Source: an uncultured bacterium (GTDB lineage Bacteria; Zhuqueibacterota; QNDG01; DSAB01). From it: a stretch of 64,000 nt of DNA. The translations under genes were made by a program, and so were the position numbers. The notes beneath the pieces are model-generated. The model ran no database searches, was not told the origin of the DNA, and worked only from the letters and a program-made list of their open reading frames with translations. The stretch is from the NCBI GenBank assembly GCA_964651045.1, contig CAZYVD010000010.1, forward strand, positions 828 to 64,827. Reading direction: 5' to 3'. Shown here piece after piece: positions 9,885-18,543 of the stretch (positions are counted from its first letter, which is position 1; each line of letters starts with the position of its first letter).

Positions 9885-12800
9885 ATGAAAAATATTAAAA
9901 CAAACATATCTATTCTTCTGCTTCTCACTCTTTCGATCCCTACCATACATACAAGAGGGCAGAACATCGGACTTCCATTCATGAAAATATATCCAGGTGC
10001 AAGACAAGCAGGCATGGGAGGTATATTCACAGGAGTCGGTGATGACATTTATACGATCTATTCAAACCCGGGTGGAGTCGGACTGATAAGAAGGTGGCAG
10101 TGGTCTGTAGCCTACAACAGATGGTTTGCTGATGTCTATCAAGCTGACTTTACCTTTCTTAAGCAGTTCCGGTTTCTCGGCAGTAAAAAGACCGCCTTAG
10201 GTTTCGGATTAAATTATGTTGGAATGCCCTCGTGGGATGCGACTGGAGGAAAGGCTGATCCAGTCTCGGCAAATCATCTTGTGGCAACAATCTCATTTGG
10301 CCAGAGACTCGACTGGCTTTCCCGATACCTTGCGCTTGGAGTCAATTTTAAATCGATCTCAAGCAGACTTTCCACATATTCAGCAACAGCAATGGCAGCA
10401 GATGCTGGAATTCTCTTCAGACCCGATCGCTTCAGATTAGGCAGATTCGGACTCTCCATCTTCGATTATGGAATATTCACGGCAGGGGTTGCACTATTAA
10501 ATTACGGAACAGGCATGCAGTTTGATAAAAATTACTCATCCCTGCCTCTTACACTTCGCGGAGGAGTATCGTTTCGTGCTGGAAGTTACAGGGCATGGAG
10601 TCTGTTAATCGCAACCGATGGAGTCAAAGTGGAAAATCGAGATTGGGTATTTGGGATTGGTGGAGAATTGTGGTGGAAAGATATCATAGGTGCACGCGTT
10701 GGATATATAATAAATGGAAAAGATCTGGGTGATTTTAGTTTTGGTTTTGGTTTCCGCTGGGGAGATGTCATAAATTCCATTTTTGGTCTTCCTTCAAGGT
10801 TTGGCGACAGTTTTGAAATCAACCTTGCAGAGGCAGGATATGGAGAGGTCCTTGAACCGGCCTACAGGGCAGCGATCTCACACTACCCAATCGCACCAGA
10901 GCCCTTCCATCTCCAAGAACCTCAAATAGTAGAATCGAGGGTGAGGGGAAAGTCATCACAAATCGAACTGGACTGGGAAGATGCATACGATCCAGATCCT
11001 TTTGATGAGGTTAAATATATCCTGCTTATCGACAGGGACAGATCAAGACTCCAGAGGATCGTAAAATCGACAGAAAAAGATGTTGAAAAATTCTTCCAGT
11101 CAAGTCTAAGAGATTCTGTCATGATTTCAGAGCTAACATCTTCAAGCTCCTATTCAACATCTGTCATGGAAGGAGGGATCTACTATTGGGCAGTCGTGGC
11201 CTATGATCTTGGAAAACATGCCCGACTCGCAAAGAGGGGAAGGGAAAATATATCAGAATTTGTGGTTAGCACTCCAGACCTGATAGTAAAAAAGATTGAG
11301 TTCGATCCTACTCAATGGATAACAGTAACACCAGAACAGGGCGATCTTATAATAACCGTGGGAAACTGCGGAACAAACTCGACAGGAGCATTCGATATTT
11401 TAGTAGAGGATCTTTTTAACGATCCCGAATTGAATCGATCAGTTTTAATGAAAAAAAGAATCGAAAATCTATCACCAGATCAGGATACAACAATTCAGAT
11501 TAGATGGGAAACAGAATACAATGGTATTCATTCTATTAGAGTAGCATTGGATCCAGATTCCCTAATTCTTGAAAGAGATAAAGACAATAACATAAAAGAA
11601 GAAAAATTTATATCTGTTCCAAAAGGGATTGTTGAGTCGCCCGACTCACTCGAAGTAATGTCAACAGGTTACGACTATATTGAACTTCCATTTGTTCCTG
11701 AAATCTACTTTGAAAAAAATTCGGCTGTAATCGATTCCTCATATTTCTCCGAAAACGATATAGCCCTTCCAACGCTCAGGACTCTTGCAGAGAGATTAAA
11801 AAAGAACAGAAGTGTCGTGATTGAGGTTATGGGCTCGATCGATGCTCTTAGTGGTGAAAAGGATCCTGCACTCGCCGATGATAGAGCAGAAAGTGTAAAA
11901 TCAATGTTAATCGATCTTGACGTAGCCCCTTCACAGATAAGGATAGTTAGGGATCATCCCGATAAGATCCTTGGACTCAGACCAATGCCATCAGATTCAC
12001 TCGATGCAAAGTGGGTCATGGAGCAGAACAGAGTAGTATCATTTAAGGTAGAACAGAAATATGAAGCAGAGATTTTCGGCCCCTACAAAATATCTGTTGA
12101 TACTACACTCAGCGGTGGCGGAATTCCATTCAATGCAGAAATCGTATCTTCCGGAGGAATACAATCATGGAGAATAAAGGGAAGGCCCGGACCATTTGAA
12201 GCAACCTCTCCCGATATTGTTTCTGGAAACTTTATTAGTGGCAAATTCAACTGGGATGGTATGAACCTAAGCGGCAGGCTTGTTCCTCGTAATGCCACAT
12301 ATAAATACAATCTCGTACTAAAAGATACAATTGGAAGAACATTCCGAACACATACAGACTCGGTCTTTATAGAAGAAAAAAGAACTCTTAGAAGATGGGA
12401 AATGTTCGGTGCTGCAAAATTTGCCAAGATCGAACCAGTATATCAATTCTACTGGGATCGTATGATGGATATTGCAAAACAGCTCATTAAGAATCCAGAC
12501 ATGCGTGTACGATTCGAAGGCCATGCATGTGCAATTGGGAATCAAAGCATAAATGAACAGTTATCATACAGAAGGGCTCAAAATTTTACCAGAGCATTTA
12601 AAGAAAGAGTTAAACAGAGATATCCATCAAAATATCAGATAATATGGAAAAGAATTGATCCACCTGTAGGATATGGTGAAAGCAGACCATTAAAGATACG
12701 GCTGAAGGGTAAGGGCGACGTTCTATTCGGTGATAACAATTCGCCTGTTGGCCGATATCTCAATCGAAGAATCATGGTTCTACTCTATAAAGAGAATTAA
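9885..12800 (+). CDS. PorV/PorQ-like beta-barrel fused to FN3-like, CARDB-like and OmpA-like domains
   Basis: N-terminal GARQAGMGGIFTGVGDD..IYSNPGG; PDLIVKKI...IRVALDPD...ERDKDNN (CARDB); C-terminal FEGHAC.IG...N.QLS.RRA...GYGESRP...NRR (OmpA-like), plus a more degenerate OmpA-like segment. Confidence 0.75.
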   Translation: MKNIKTNISILLLLTLSIPTIHTRGQNIGLPFMKIYPGARQAGMGGIFTGVGDDIYTIYSNPGGVGLIRRWQWSVAYNRWFADVYQADFTFLKQFRFLGSKKTALGFGLNYVGMPSWDATGGKADPVSANHLVATISFGQRLDWLSRYLALGVNFKSISSRLSTYSATAMAADAGILFRPDRFRLGRFGLSIFDYGIFTAGVALLNYGTGMQFDKNYSSLPLTLRGGVSFRAGSYRAWSLLIATDGVKVENRDWVFGIGGELWWKDIIGARVGYIINGKDLGDFSFGFGFRWGDVINSIFGLPSRFGDSFEINLAEAGYGEVLEPAYRAAISHYPIAPEPFHLQEPQIVESRVRGKSSQIELDWEDAYDPDPFDEVKYILLIDRDRSRLQRIVKSTEKDVEKFFQSSLRDSVMISELTSSSSYSTSVMEGGIYYWAVVAYDLGKHARLAKRGRENISEFVVSTPDLIVKKIEFDPTQWITVTPEQGDLIITVGNCGTNSTGAFDILVEDLFNDPELNRSVLMKKRIENLSPDQDTTIQIRWETEYNGIHSIRVALDPDSLILERDKDNNIKEEKFISVPKGIVESPDSLEVMSTGYDYIELPFVPEIYFEKNSAVIDSSYFSENDIALPTLRTLAERLKKNRSVVIEVMGSIDALSGEKDPALADDRAESVKSMLIDLDVAPSQIRIVRDHPDKILGLRPMPSDSLDAKWVMEQNRVVSFKVEQKYEAEIFGPYKISVDTTLSGGGIPFNAEIVSSGGIQSWRIKGRPGPFEATSPDIVSGNFISGKFNWDGMNLSGRLVPRNATYKYNLVLKDTIGRTFRTHTDSVFIEEKRTLRRWEMFGAAKFAKIEPVYQFYWDRMMDIAKQLIKNPDMRVRFEGHACAIGNQSINEQLSYRRAQNFTRAFKERVKQRYPSKYQIIWKRIDPPVGYGESRPLKIRLKGKGDVLFGDNNSPVGRYLNRRIMVLLYKEN

Positions 12801-12811
12801 GTATTAGTACG

Positions 12812-12827
12812 TGGCATGATTTATGCA
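12812..12827 (+). promoter_or_regulatory. Putative sigma54 (-24/-12) promoter
   Basis: TGGCATGATTTATGCA has GG-N10-GC spacing and shares GTGGCATGAT with the site at 15980. Confidence 0.55.
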
Positions 12828-12880
12828 AAAATTTTGTAATTGTAGCAGTGGTTTCATTTAGTATATTAAAGGCCAAACTA

Positions 12881-13423
12881 ATGAAAAAGATCACCTGTAT
12901 AATAATCTTGTTATGCCTTGCATCAAATCTACTAAGTTCAGATTTGATTGTCACGAAAAACAATAAGAAATATCGCGGACACTTTCTCAGAAGAACGGAA
13001 AGAGGCCTTCTACTGAAAACAGACAGCGGTACACTAATAGTGCTGCCCATAGAACAGATTTCAAAAATATACAGAAGCGACAAATCTATATGGGACTTTG
13101 AAACTAGAACCAGATACTATCTGAAAAAGAACCATCCATTTCTTCCATTCATTTTTTTAGGACTAGCAACGGGTGCTTATGCTGTGCAAAAATATCAGGA
13201 TTATCAAAAACATAAACAGCAGGCAGAAAGCGAAGAGCAAATGGCCAATGCAGACTATCTTGCAGACCAGTCAAAGAGAGATCTTGCGTGGTGTATCGTA
13301 TCCAGTCTCTTCAGTGCTGGATCTATCTATGTTGCCTTCATTCCAATGGAGGTAAAGGTTCCAATTGGCAGAATCAATCTAAGTGCAACCAGTAATGGAA
13401 TCAATATTGCCCTCCACTTTTAA
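12881..13423 (+). CDS. Hypothetical exported/membrane protein
   Basis: ORF 12848-13423; likely start ATG 12881 (MKKITCIIILLCLASNLLS signal); two internal hydrophobic segments. Confidence 0.6.
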   Translation: MKKITCIIILLCLASNLLSSDLIVTKNNKKYRGHFLRRTERGLLLKTDSGTLIVLPIEQISKIYRSDKSIWDFETRTRYYLKKNHPFLPFIFLGLATGAYAVQKYQDYQKHKQQAESEEQMANADYLADQSKRDLAWCIVSSLFSAGSIYVAFIPMEVKVPIGRINLSATSNGINIALHF

Positions 13424-13518
13424 CGTACCGAGTCTATTACCAACATTCGGAACTTTTTTTATGGGCAGGCGTAATATCGTAAATGTTACTATCCAGTAAA
13501 AAGTAAAGGAGAGAATAA

Positions 13519-14211
13519 ATGCCATTGTTCTTCTTTGATCCAACAATAATTATACTGTTGCCAGCAATTCTTCTTGCGGTATGGGCCCAATATCAGATTA
13601 AAACAACATATTCAAAATACAGCAAGATACCGGCCTCTTCTGGAATCACTGGAGGCATGGCGGCAAGAAATCTATTGGATGAGAACGGGCTCCAGAACAT
13701 CCACATCGAAGAGGTTGAAGGAAGGCTGACCGACCACTACGATCCAAGATCTCGAGTGTTGAGGCTCTCATCCTCTATCTTTAGAAGCAGGTCACTGGCA
13801 GCCCTTGCAATTGCTGCTCACGAGGTTGGACACGCCATTCAGCACAAAATGGCATATTCACCATTTCAGATAAGGCAATCAATCTTTCCTGTTGCCAGTA
13901 TCGGATCATCGATGGCATTCCCCCTGTTTTTCATTGGATTTCTATTTTACCCGTCTGCAAAATGGCTCATGGACCTCGGTATCTATCTCTTTGGAGCAGC
14001 TGTTTTTTTCCAGATCGTTACACTGCCTGTAGAATTCAATGCAAGCTCCAGAGCATTAAAACTTCTCAGATCGAGAGGTTATCTTGTAGAAGAGGAATCA
14101 CATCATGCAAAAAAGATATTGCAGGCCGCTGCTCTTACATATGTGGCAGCAAGTGCTGTTGCAGTGTTCCATCTGATAAGACTTCTTCTGCTTAGAAGTG
14201 CAAGGGACTGA
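13519..14211 (+). CDS. Membrane zinc metallopeptidase (YugP/Zn_peptidase_2-like)
   Basis: LTDHYDP, AAHEVGHAIQ (HExxH), TLPVEFNASSRA, AAALTYVA. Confidence 0.93.
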   Translation: MPLFFFDPTIIILLPAILLAVWAQYQIKTTYSKYSKIPASSGITGGMAARNLLDENGLQNIHIEEVEGRLTDHYDPRSRVLRLSSSIFRSRSLAALAIAAHEVGHAIQHKMAYSPFQIRQSIFPVASIGSSMAFPLFFIGFLFYPSAKWLMDLGIYLFGAAVFFQIVTLPVEFNASSRALKLLRSRGYLVEEESHHAKKILQAAALTYVAASAVAVFHLIRLLLLRSARD

Positions 14212-14256
14212 TTCTTGGTAGATAGAAAAATTTATAAATTATTTGGAGGTGATAAC

Positions 14257-15789
14257 ATGTGGACATCAAGAAAAAAAAGACTAACTGCTGCCGGACTGAT
14301 ATTAATCGGAATAGTCATCGGAATTGTTTTAACAGTCAATTTCAACTGGATACCAAAGGGAATCGCTTCACGCAACACAACAACTGTTGATATCGGTTCA
14401 AAAGAAAATAGCCCCCAGGCTAGATTTGATCTTCAGAGTACGGCGAAGGCATTTACAGCAGTTGCAAAAAGAGTAGTGCCAACGGTTGTCAGGATCTCTC
14501 CCCAAAAAACAATAACACGCAGAGTCGTTCCGTTCGATGATTTATTCAGACAATTCTTCGATTTCAAATACAAGCCTCAGAAAAGGGAAGATGTCATAAA
14601 AGGTCTCGGATCAGGAGTGATAATAAGCAGCGATGGATACATCCTGACCAACAATCATGTAGTGGCAGACATGGATGAACTCGATGTAACTCTGCCGGAT
14701 AACCGCTCATTTAAGGCAAAACTAATTGGAACAGATCCTTTAACAGAGATTGCAGTAATTAAAATCGATGGTAAAAATCTGCCTACAGCAAAGCTAGGCA
14801 ACTCAGACGAACTGGAAGTCGGAGAATGGGTACTCGCTGTTGGAAGTCCTCTTGGAGAGTATCTGAGTTCTACGGTAACTGCAGGAATAGTAAGTGCTCT
14901 TGGAAGAAATATTAACATAATAAGGGATGTAGAGACAAGCCCAGAATATGGCTCATATGCAATCGAAAATTTTATTCAAACAGATGCTGCTATAAATCCT
15001 GGAAATAGTGGCGGGCCACTTGTAAATTTAAAGGGTGAGGTCGTCGGAATAAATACGGCAATTGCAACTGGTACAGGATTTTATGCAGGATACGGATTTG
15101 CAGTACCTATCAATCTGGCAAAGAAGATAGCTTCTGATCTTATAGAAAAGGGATATGTGGTCCGTGCCTTTCTTGGAATATCCATGACCAACGTTGACGA
15201 AAATAAGGCAAAAAGATTTGGCTTAGATAAACCGACTGGAGTGCTCATCGAAAAGGTTCAGCCGGGAAGTCCAGCAGAGAAAGCAGGACTTCAGCAGTTC
15301 GATATCATACTAGAGATAGACGGGAAAAAAGTCAATGCAAGTAATCAGGTTCAGAGTTATATAGCATTAAAAAATCCAGGCGACTTTGTTGAGATAACAA
15401 TTCTTCGAAACCGTTTAAAGAAAACAATCAAGATCAAACTTGGACAGCGTGAGACTGGAAAGGAAAAACCCAAAAAACAGGAACAGGCTGCTGACTTTCC
15501 TGATATTGGGATCGTTGTAAAAAATCTTGATGACCAATATCGTCAGCAGTACGGAATCGATGAAGGCGACGAGGGTGTGATAGTTGTTGATATAGAGCGA
15601 TACGGTCCTGCATGGAAGGGTGGAATTCGCAACATTGGAACTCTCATCACAAAAATTGAAAATTACAAGATTAGATCAACTTCAGACTATCGAAAAGCAT
15701 TGAGGAAATTTAAAAAGGGAAGTGTCGTGATTTTTTATCTAAGATTCAGAGGTATCGATTCTCATGCATTTGTCGAGATACCAGATTAA
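14257..15789 (+). CDS. degP: Do/DegP (HtrA) family serine endopeptidase with two PDZ domains
   Basis: GLGSGVII, TNNHVV, QTDAAINPGNSGGPL; two PDZ-like segments; SD GGAGG before ATG 14257. Confidence 0.92.
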   Translation: MWTSRKKRLTAAGLILIGIVIGIVLTVNFNWIPKGIASRNTTTVDIGSKENSPQARFDLQSTAKAFTAVAKRVVPTVVRISPQKTITRRVVPFDDLFRQFFDFKYKPQKREDVIKGLGSGVIISSDGYILTNNHVVADMDELDVTLPDNRSFKAKLIGTDPLTEIAVIKIDGKNLPTAKLGNSDELEVGEWVLAVGSPLGEYLSSTVTAGIVSALGRNINIIRDVETSPEYGSYAIENFIQTDAAINPGNSGGPLVNLKGEVVGINTAIATGTGFYAGYGFAVPINLAKKIASDLIEKGYVVRAFLGISMTNVDENKAKRFGLDKPTGVLIEKVQPGSPAEKAGLQQFDIILEIDGKKVNASNQVQSYIALKNPGDFVEITILRNRLKKTIKIKLGQRETGKEKPKKQEQAADFPDIGIVVKNLDDQYRQQYGIDEGDEGVIVVDIERYGPAWKGGIRNIGTLITKIENYKIRSTSDYRKALRKFKKGSVVIFYLRFRGIDSHAFVEIPD

Positions 15790-15814
15790 ATTGGTCGTTA
15801 AACACAAAACAGGC

Positions 15815-15845
15815 AAAGAGGAGGCCCTTCATGCCTCCTCTTTTT
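15815..15845 (+). terminator. Intrinsic terminator after degP
   Basis: AAAGAGGAGGC-ccttcat-GCCTCCTCTTT followed by further T residues. Confidence 0.8.
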
Positions 15846-15980
15846 ATGCCAATATGACAACAAATTAACATTAATGTGTCACAATTTCATTTATAATGTT
15901 ATTCTGACACAATTCACATATTCAGATTCTTCATCCCTATCTAGTTTAATATCAAGAAGATAAGTCGACTTTCTAAACCG

Positions 15981-15996
15981 TGGCATGATGGTTGCA
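15981..15996 (+). promoter_or_regulatory. Sigma54 (-24/-12) promoter upstream of the hsp20-grpE-dnaJ-dnaK-clpB genes
   Basis: TGGCATGATGGTTGCA is near the consensus TGGCACGNNNNTTGCW with exact GG-N10-GC spacing; it follows a terminator and lies 48 bp before the hsp20 start. Confidence 0.75.
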
Positions 15997-16044
15997 CTTC
16001 CTGAAGGCAAAATCACAAAATGATTATGAAAGGAGGTATTAACC

Positions 16045-16491
16045 ATGACACTGATTCGCTGGTCACCATGGCGGGACCTGGCCCGTATCCAGGAAGACAT
16101 GGATCGTCTCTATAATGCCTTCTTTTCCGGAACGCCAACAAAGCTGGACAGTGGTTCGATGGTCTGGAACCCTGCCGTAGACATTCATGAAAACGATAAT
16201 GAGTTTATTGTAGTTGCCGAAATCCCAGGCATGAAGAAAGAGGATGTAAAGATTTCACTTCAGGACAATGTGCTGACTATATCCGGTGAAAAAAAGAGAG
16301 AAAAAGAAGAGGAGAAAAAAACCTACCACCGCATTGAACGGGAATACGGCTCGTTTGAGAGATCTTTCAGTCTGCCATCTTCTGTAAAGGTTGACAGTGT
16401 GAAGGCAACATATAAGGATGGACTGCTGACAATTACTCTACCTAAATCTGAGGAGGCAAAACCAAAAGAGATTAGCATCTCTGTCAGCTGA
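16045..16491 (+). CDS. Hsp20/alpha-crystallin small heat shock protein
   Basis: PAVDIHE...AEIPGMKKEDV..SLQDNVLTISGE...RIEREYGSFERSFSLP...ATYKDGLLTITLPK. Confidence 0.96.
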   Translation: MTLIRWSPWRDLARIQEDMDRLYNAFFSGTPTKLDSGSMVWNPAVDIHENDNEFIVVAEIPGMKKEDVKISLQDNVLTISGEKKREKEEEKKTYHRIEREYGSFERSFSLPSSVKVDSVKATYKDGLLTITLPKSEEAKPKEISISVS

Positions 16492-16514
16492 GTGTAAAAA
16501 ATCGATATAGCAAA

Positions 16515-16548
16515 AAGAGTCTGGATGTTGTATCGCATCCAGACTCTT
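16515..16548 (+). repeat. Perfect 13-bp-stem hairpin between hsp20 and grpE
   Basis: AAGAGTCTGGATG-ttgtatcg-CATCCAGACTCTT; no clear U-tract. Confidence 0.7.
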
Positions 16549-16573
16549 AAAATTTAATTAAATTGGGTAGAAA

Positions 16574-17125
16574 ATGGAAAATAAGAAAATAAACATTGAA
16601 ATAGAGGATACAGAAAAAGAGATCGATTCAGAAGAGCAGAATAAAAACTCAAGTAGTGAAAAGTGCTCAAACGAAACCGTGCGGCAAAAAGACGATGATT
16701 ATCTCGAGCAACTTCAGAGGCTTCAGGCCGATTTTATAAATTATAAAAGAAGAACAGAAAAAGAGTGGGCAGAAATTAGTTCAACGGCTAAGGGAGAACT
16801 AATCTCAAACTTACTACCTGTTCTTGATGACTTTAAAAGAATGATCAATCACAACAACGAAAACAACTTTATAGAAATCGATGGGGTAAAATTGATATAT
16901 AAGAAATTCAATAAAATCCTTGCCGATGAAGGTCTGGAGGAAATTCCAGCCGTGGGATGTGAATTTGATCCTGAGATTCATGAAGTCGTTGTAACCGAAG
17001 AAACAGATCAGGATAAAGACAGTATTGTGCTGGAAGAGTGGCAGACCGGATATCGATTCAGGGGAAAATTGCTGCGTCCCAGCAAAGTAAAGGTCGGCAA
17101 GTACAGAGACAATCGAAATGAATAG
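16574..17125 (+). CDS. grpE: Nucleotide exchange factor GrpE
   Basis: LQRLQADFINYKRR, LLPVLDDF, FDPEIHEVV, GY...KLLRPSKVKV. Confidence 0.95.
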   Translation: MENKKINIEIEDTEKEIDSEEQNKNSSSEKCSNETVRQKDDDYLEQLQRLQADFINYKRRTEKEWAEISSTAKGELISNLLPVLDDFKRMINHNNENNFIEIDGVKLIYKKFNKILADEGLEEIPAVGCEFDPEIHEVVVTEETDQDKDSIVLEEWQTGYRFRGKLLRPSKVKVGKYRDNRNE

Positions 17126-17130
17126 ATAAG

Positions 17131-18177
17131 ATGGGAGTCAAAGATTATTATAAAATACTTGGAGTATCAGAAAATGCCAGTCAGGATGAAATAAAACAGG
17201 CATTCAGGCGACTGGCAAAAATGTATCACCCCGATGCCAATCCAGGGAATAAAGAAGCAGAGGAAAAATTTAAAGACATCCAGGAAGCTCACGAAATCCT
17301 CAGCAATCCACAGAAGAGAGAAAAGTATGACCAGATGCGAAAATTCGGCACCGGGGCAAACTTTGATTTCAATAATTTCAACTTCGGAGGATTCCACAGA
17401 AAAGGCTGTCAAGGCGGAGGCGGATTCTCATTCGAAGGCTTCGATATTTTCAGTGATCTGGGAGATGTTTTCTCTCAAATCTTTGATATAGGTCAGAGAA
17501 CACGCAAGTCAAGACGTGGCCCCACTAAGGGTGATGATATTAGAGTCAATCTAACGATACCCTTTGAACTGGCCATCAACGGCGGGAAAACATCCTTCAG
17601 TGTAGAAAAAGAAAAGGTCTGTCCTGTCTGCAGTGGTGGCGGTGCCAAGCCCGGATCCAGAGTGGAGACGTGCCCTGAATGTAATGGACGAGGAACAGTA
17701 GTAATCGGATATGGAGGATTCGGAGTTAGCCGTCCATGCCCCAGATGCTATGGAAGGGGACACATTATTCACAACCCATGCGATAGATGTCATGGAAGAG
17801 GAGTCGCAAAGGGAAAAAGGACCTATTCGGTAAAGATACCAAAAGGTATAGATGAAATGGAAGAAATCAGGCTGAGGGGTGAAGGAGAACCAGGTATTGG
17901 TGGGGCACCTCCCGGCGACATGATCGTAAGAATTCATGTGCAGCCGCATCACTTCTTCAAACGTGAGGGTAACGATATTACATGTGAGATATATCTTGAT
18001 AAAGATCAGGCTGCAAGGGGTGCCACCGTTAAAGTAAAAACAGTACACGGCAGCAAGATTAAGCTTAAGATTCCCCCTGGTACACATGACGGATCAACAT
18101 TTAGATTGAGTGGAATGGGTATAAAACGAAATGGTCGAGAAGGAGATCAGTATATAACAGTCAGGGTTAAGGAATAA
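17131..18177 (+). CDS. dnaJ: Chaperone DnaJ
   Basis: J-domain with HPD, G/F-rich region, four CxxCxGxG repeats, PGDM..RI...H.FF.REGND. Confidence 0.95.
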   Translation: MGVKDYYKILGVSENASQDEIKQAFRRLAKMYHPDANPGNKEAEEKFKDIQEAHEILSNPQKREKYDQMRKFGTGANFDFNNFNFGGFHRKGCQGGGGFSFEGFDIFSDLGDVFSQIFDIGQRTRKSRRGPTKGDDIRVNLTIPFELAINGGKTSFSVEKEKVCPVCSGGGAKPGSRVETCPECNGRGTVVIGYGGFGVSRPCPRCYGRGHIIHNPCDRCHGRGVAKGKRTYSVKIPKGIDEMEEIRLRGEGEPGIGGAPPGDMIVRIHVQPHHFFKREGNDITCEIYLDKDQAARGATVKVKTVHGSKIKLKIPPGTHDGSTFRLSGMGIKRNGREGDQYITVRVKE

Positions 18178-18204
18178 TAGACAATCTAAAGAGAGGGAAA
18201 TATT

Positions 18205-18498
18205 ATGCCTACATACGAATATCGCTGTGATAAATGCAATCATGAGTTTGAGGTTTTTCAATTGATAACAGAAGAACCTTTGAGTAGATGTCCAAAGTGC
18301 AGGGGAAAAGTTACACGACTGATAAGCGCCGGAGCAGGGCTTATATTCAAGGGCTCTGGGTTTTACATCACCGATTACAAAAAGAAGGGAACAGGAGAAT
18401 CTGCTTCTGACTTAACCGCATCTTCTGATGCAAAGAGTAAAGAAAGGGATAAAAAGAGTGAAAATACAAAACCAAAAGATAAATCATCTGAAAAATAA
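18205..18498 (+). CDS. FmdB-family zinc ribbon protein
   Basis: MPTYEYRCDKC...CPKC...FKGSGFYITDY. Confidence 0.9.
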   Translation: MPTYEYRCDKCNHEFEVFQLITEEPLSRCPKCRGKVTRLISAGAGLIFKGSGFYITDYKKKGTGESASDLTASSDAKSKERDKKSENTKPKDKSSEK

Positions 18499-18543
18499 GA
18501 ATAACGATCTTTAATAAAATATTTTAAAAGGAGGTTTTCAACA

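Noticed and set aside
17131-18177. DnaJ ends abruptly after QYITVRVKE (short C-terminal tail)
   Set aside because: All functional motifs are present and a normal stop follows; short tails are common in second dnaJ copies.
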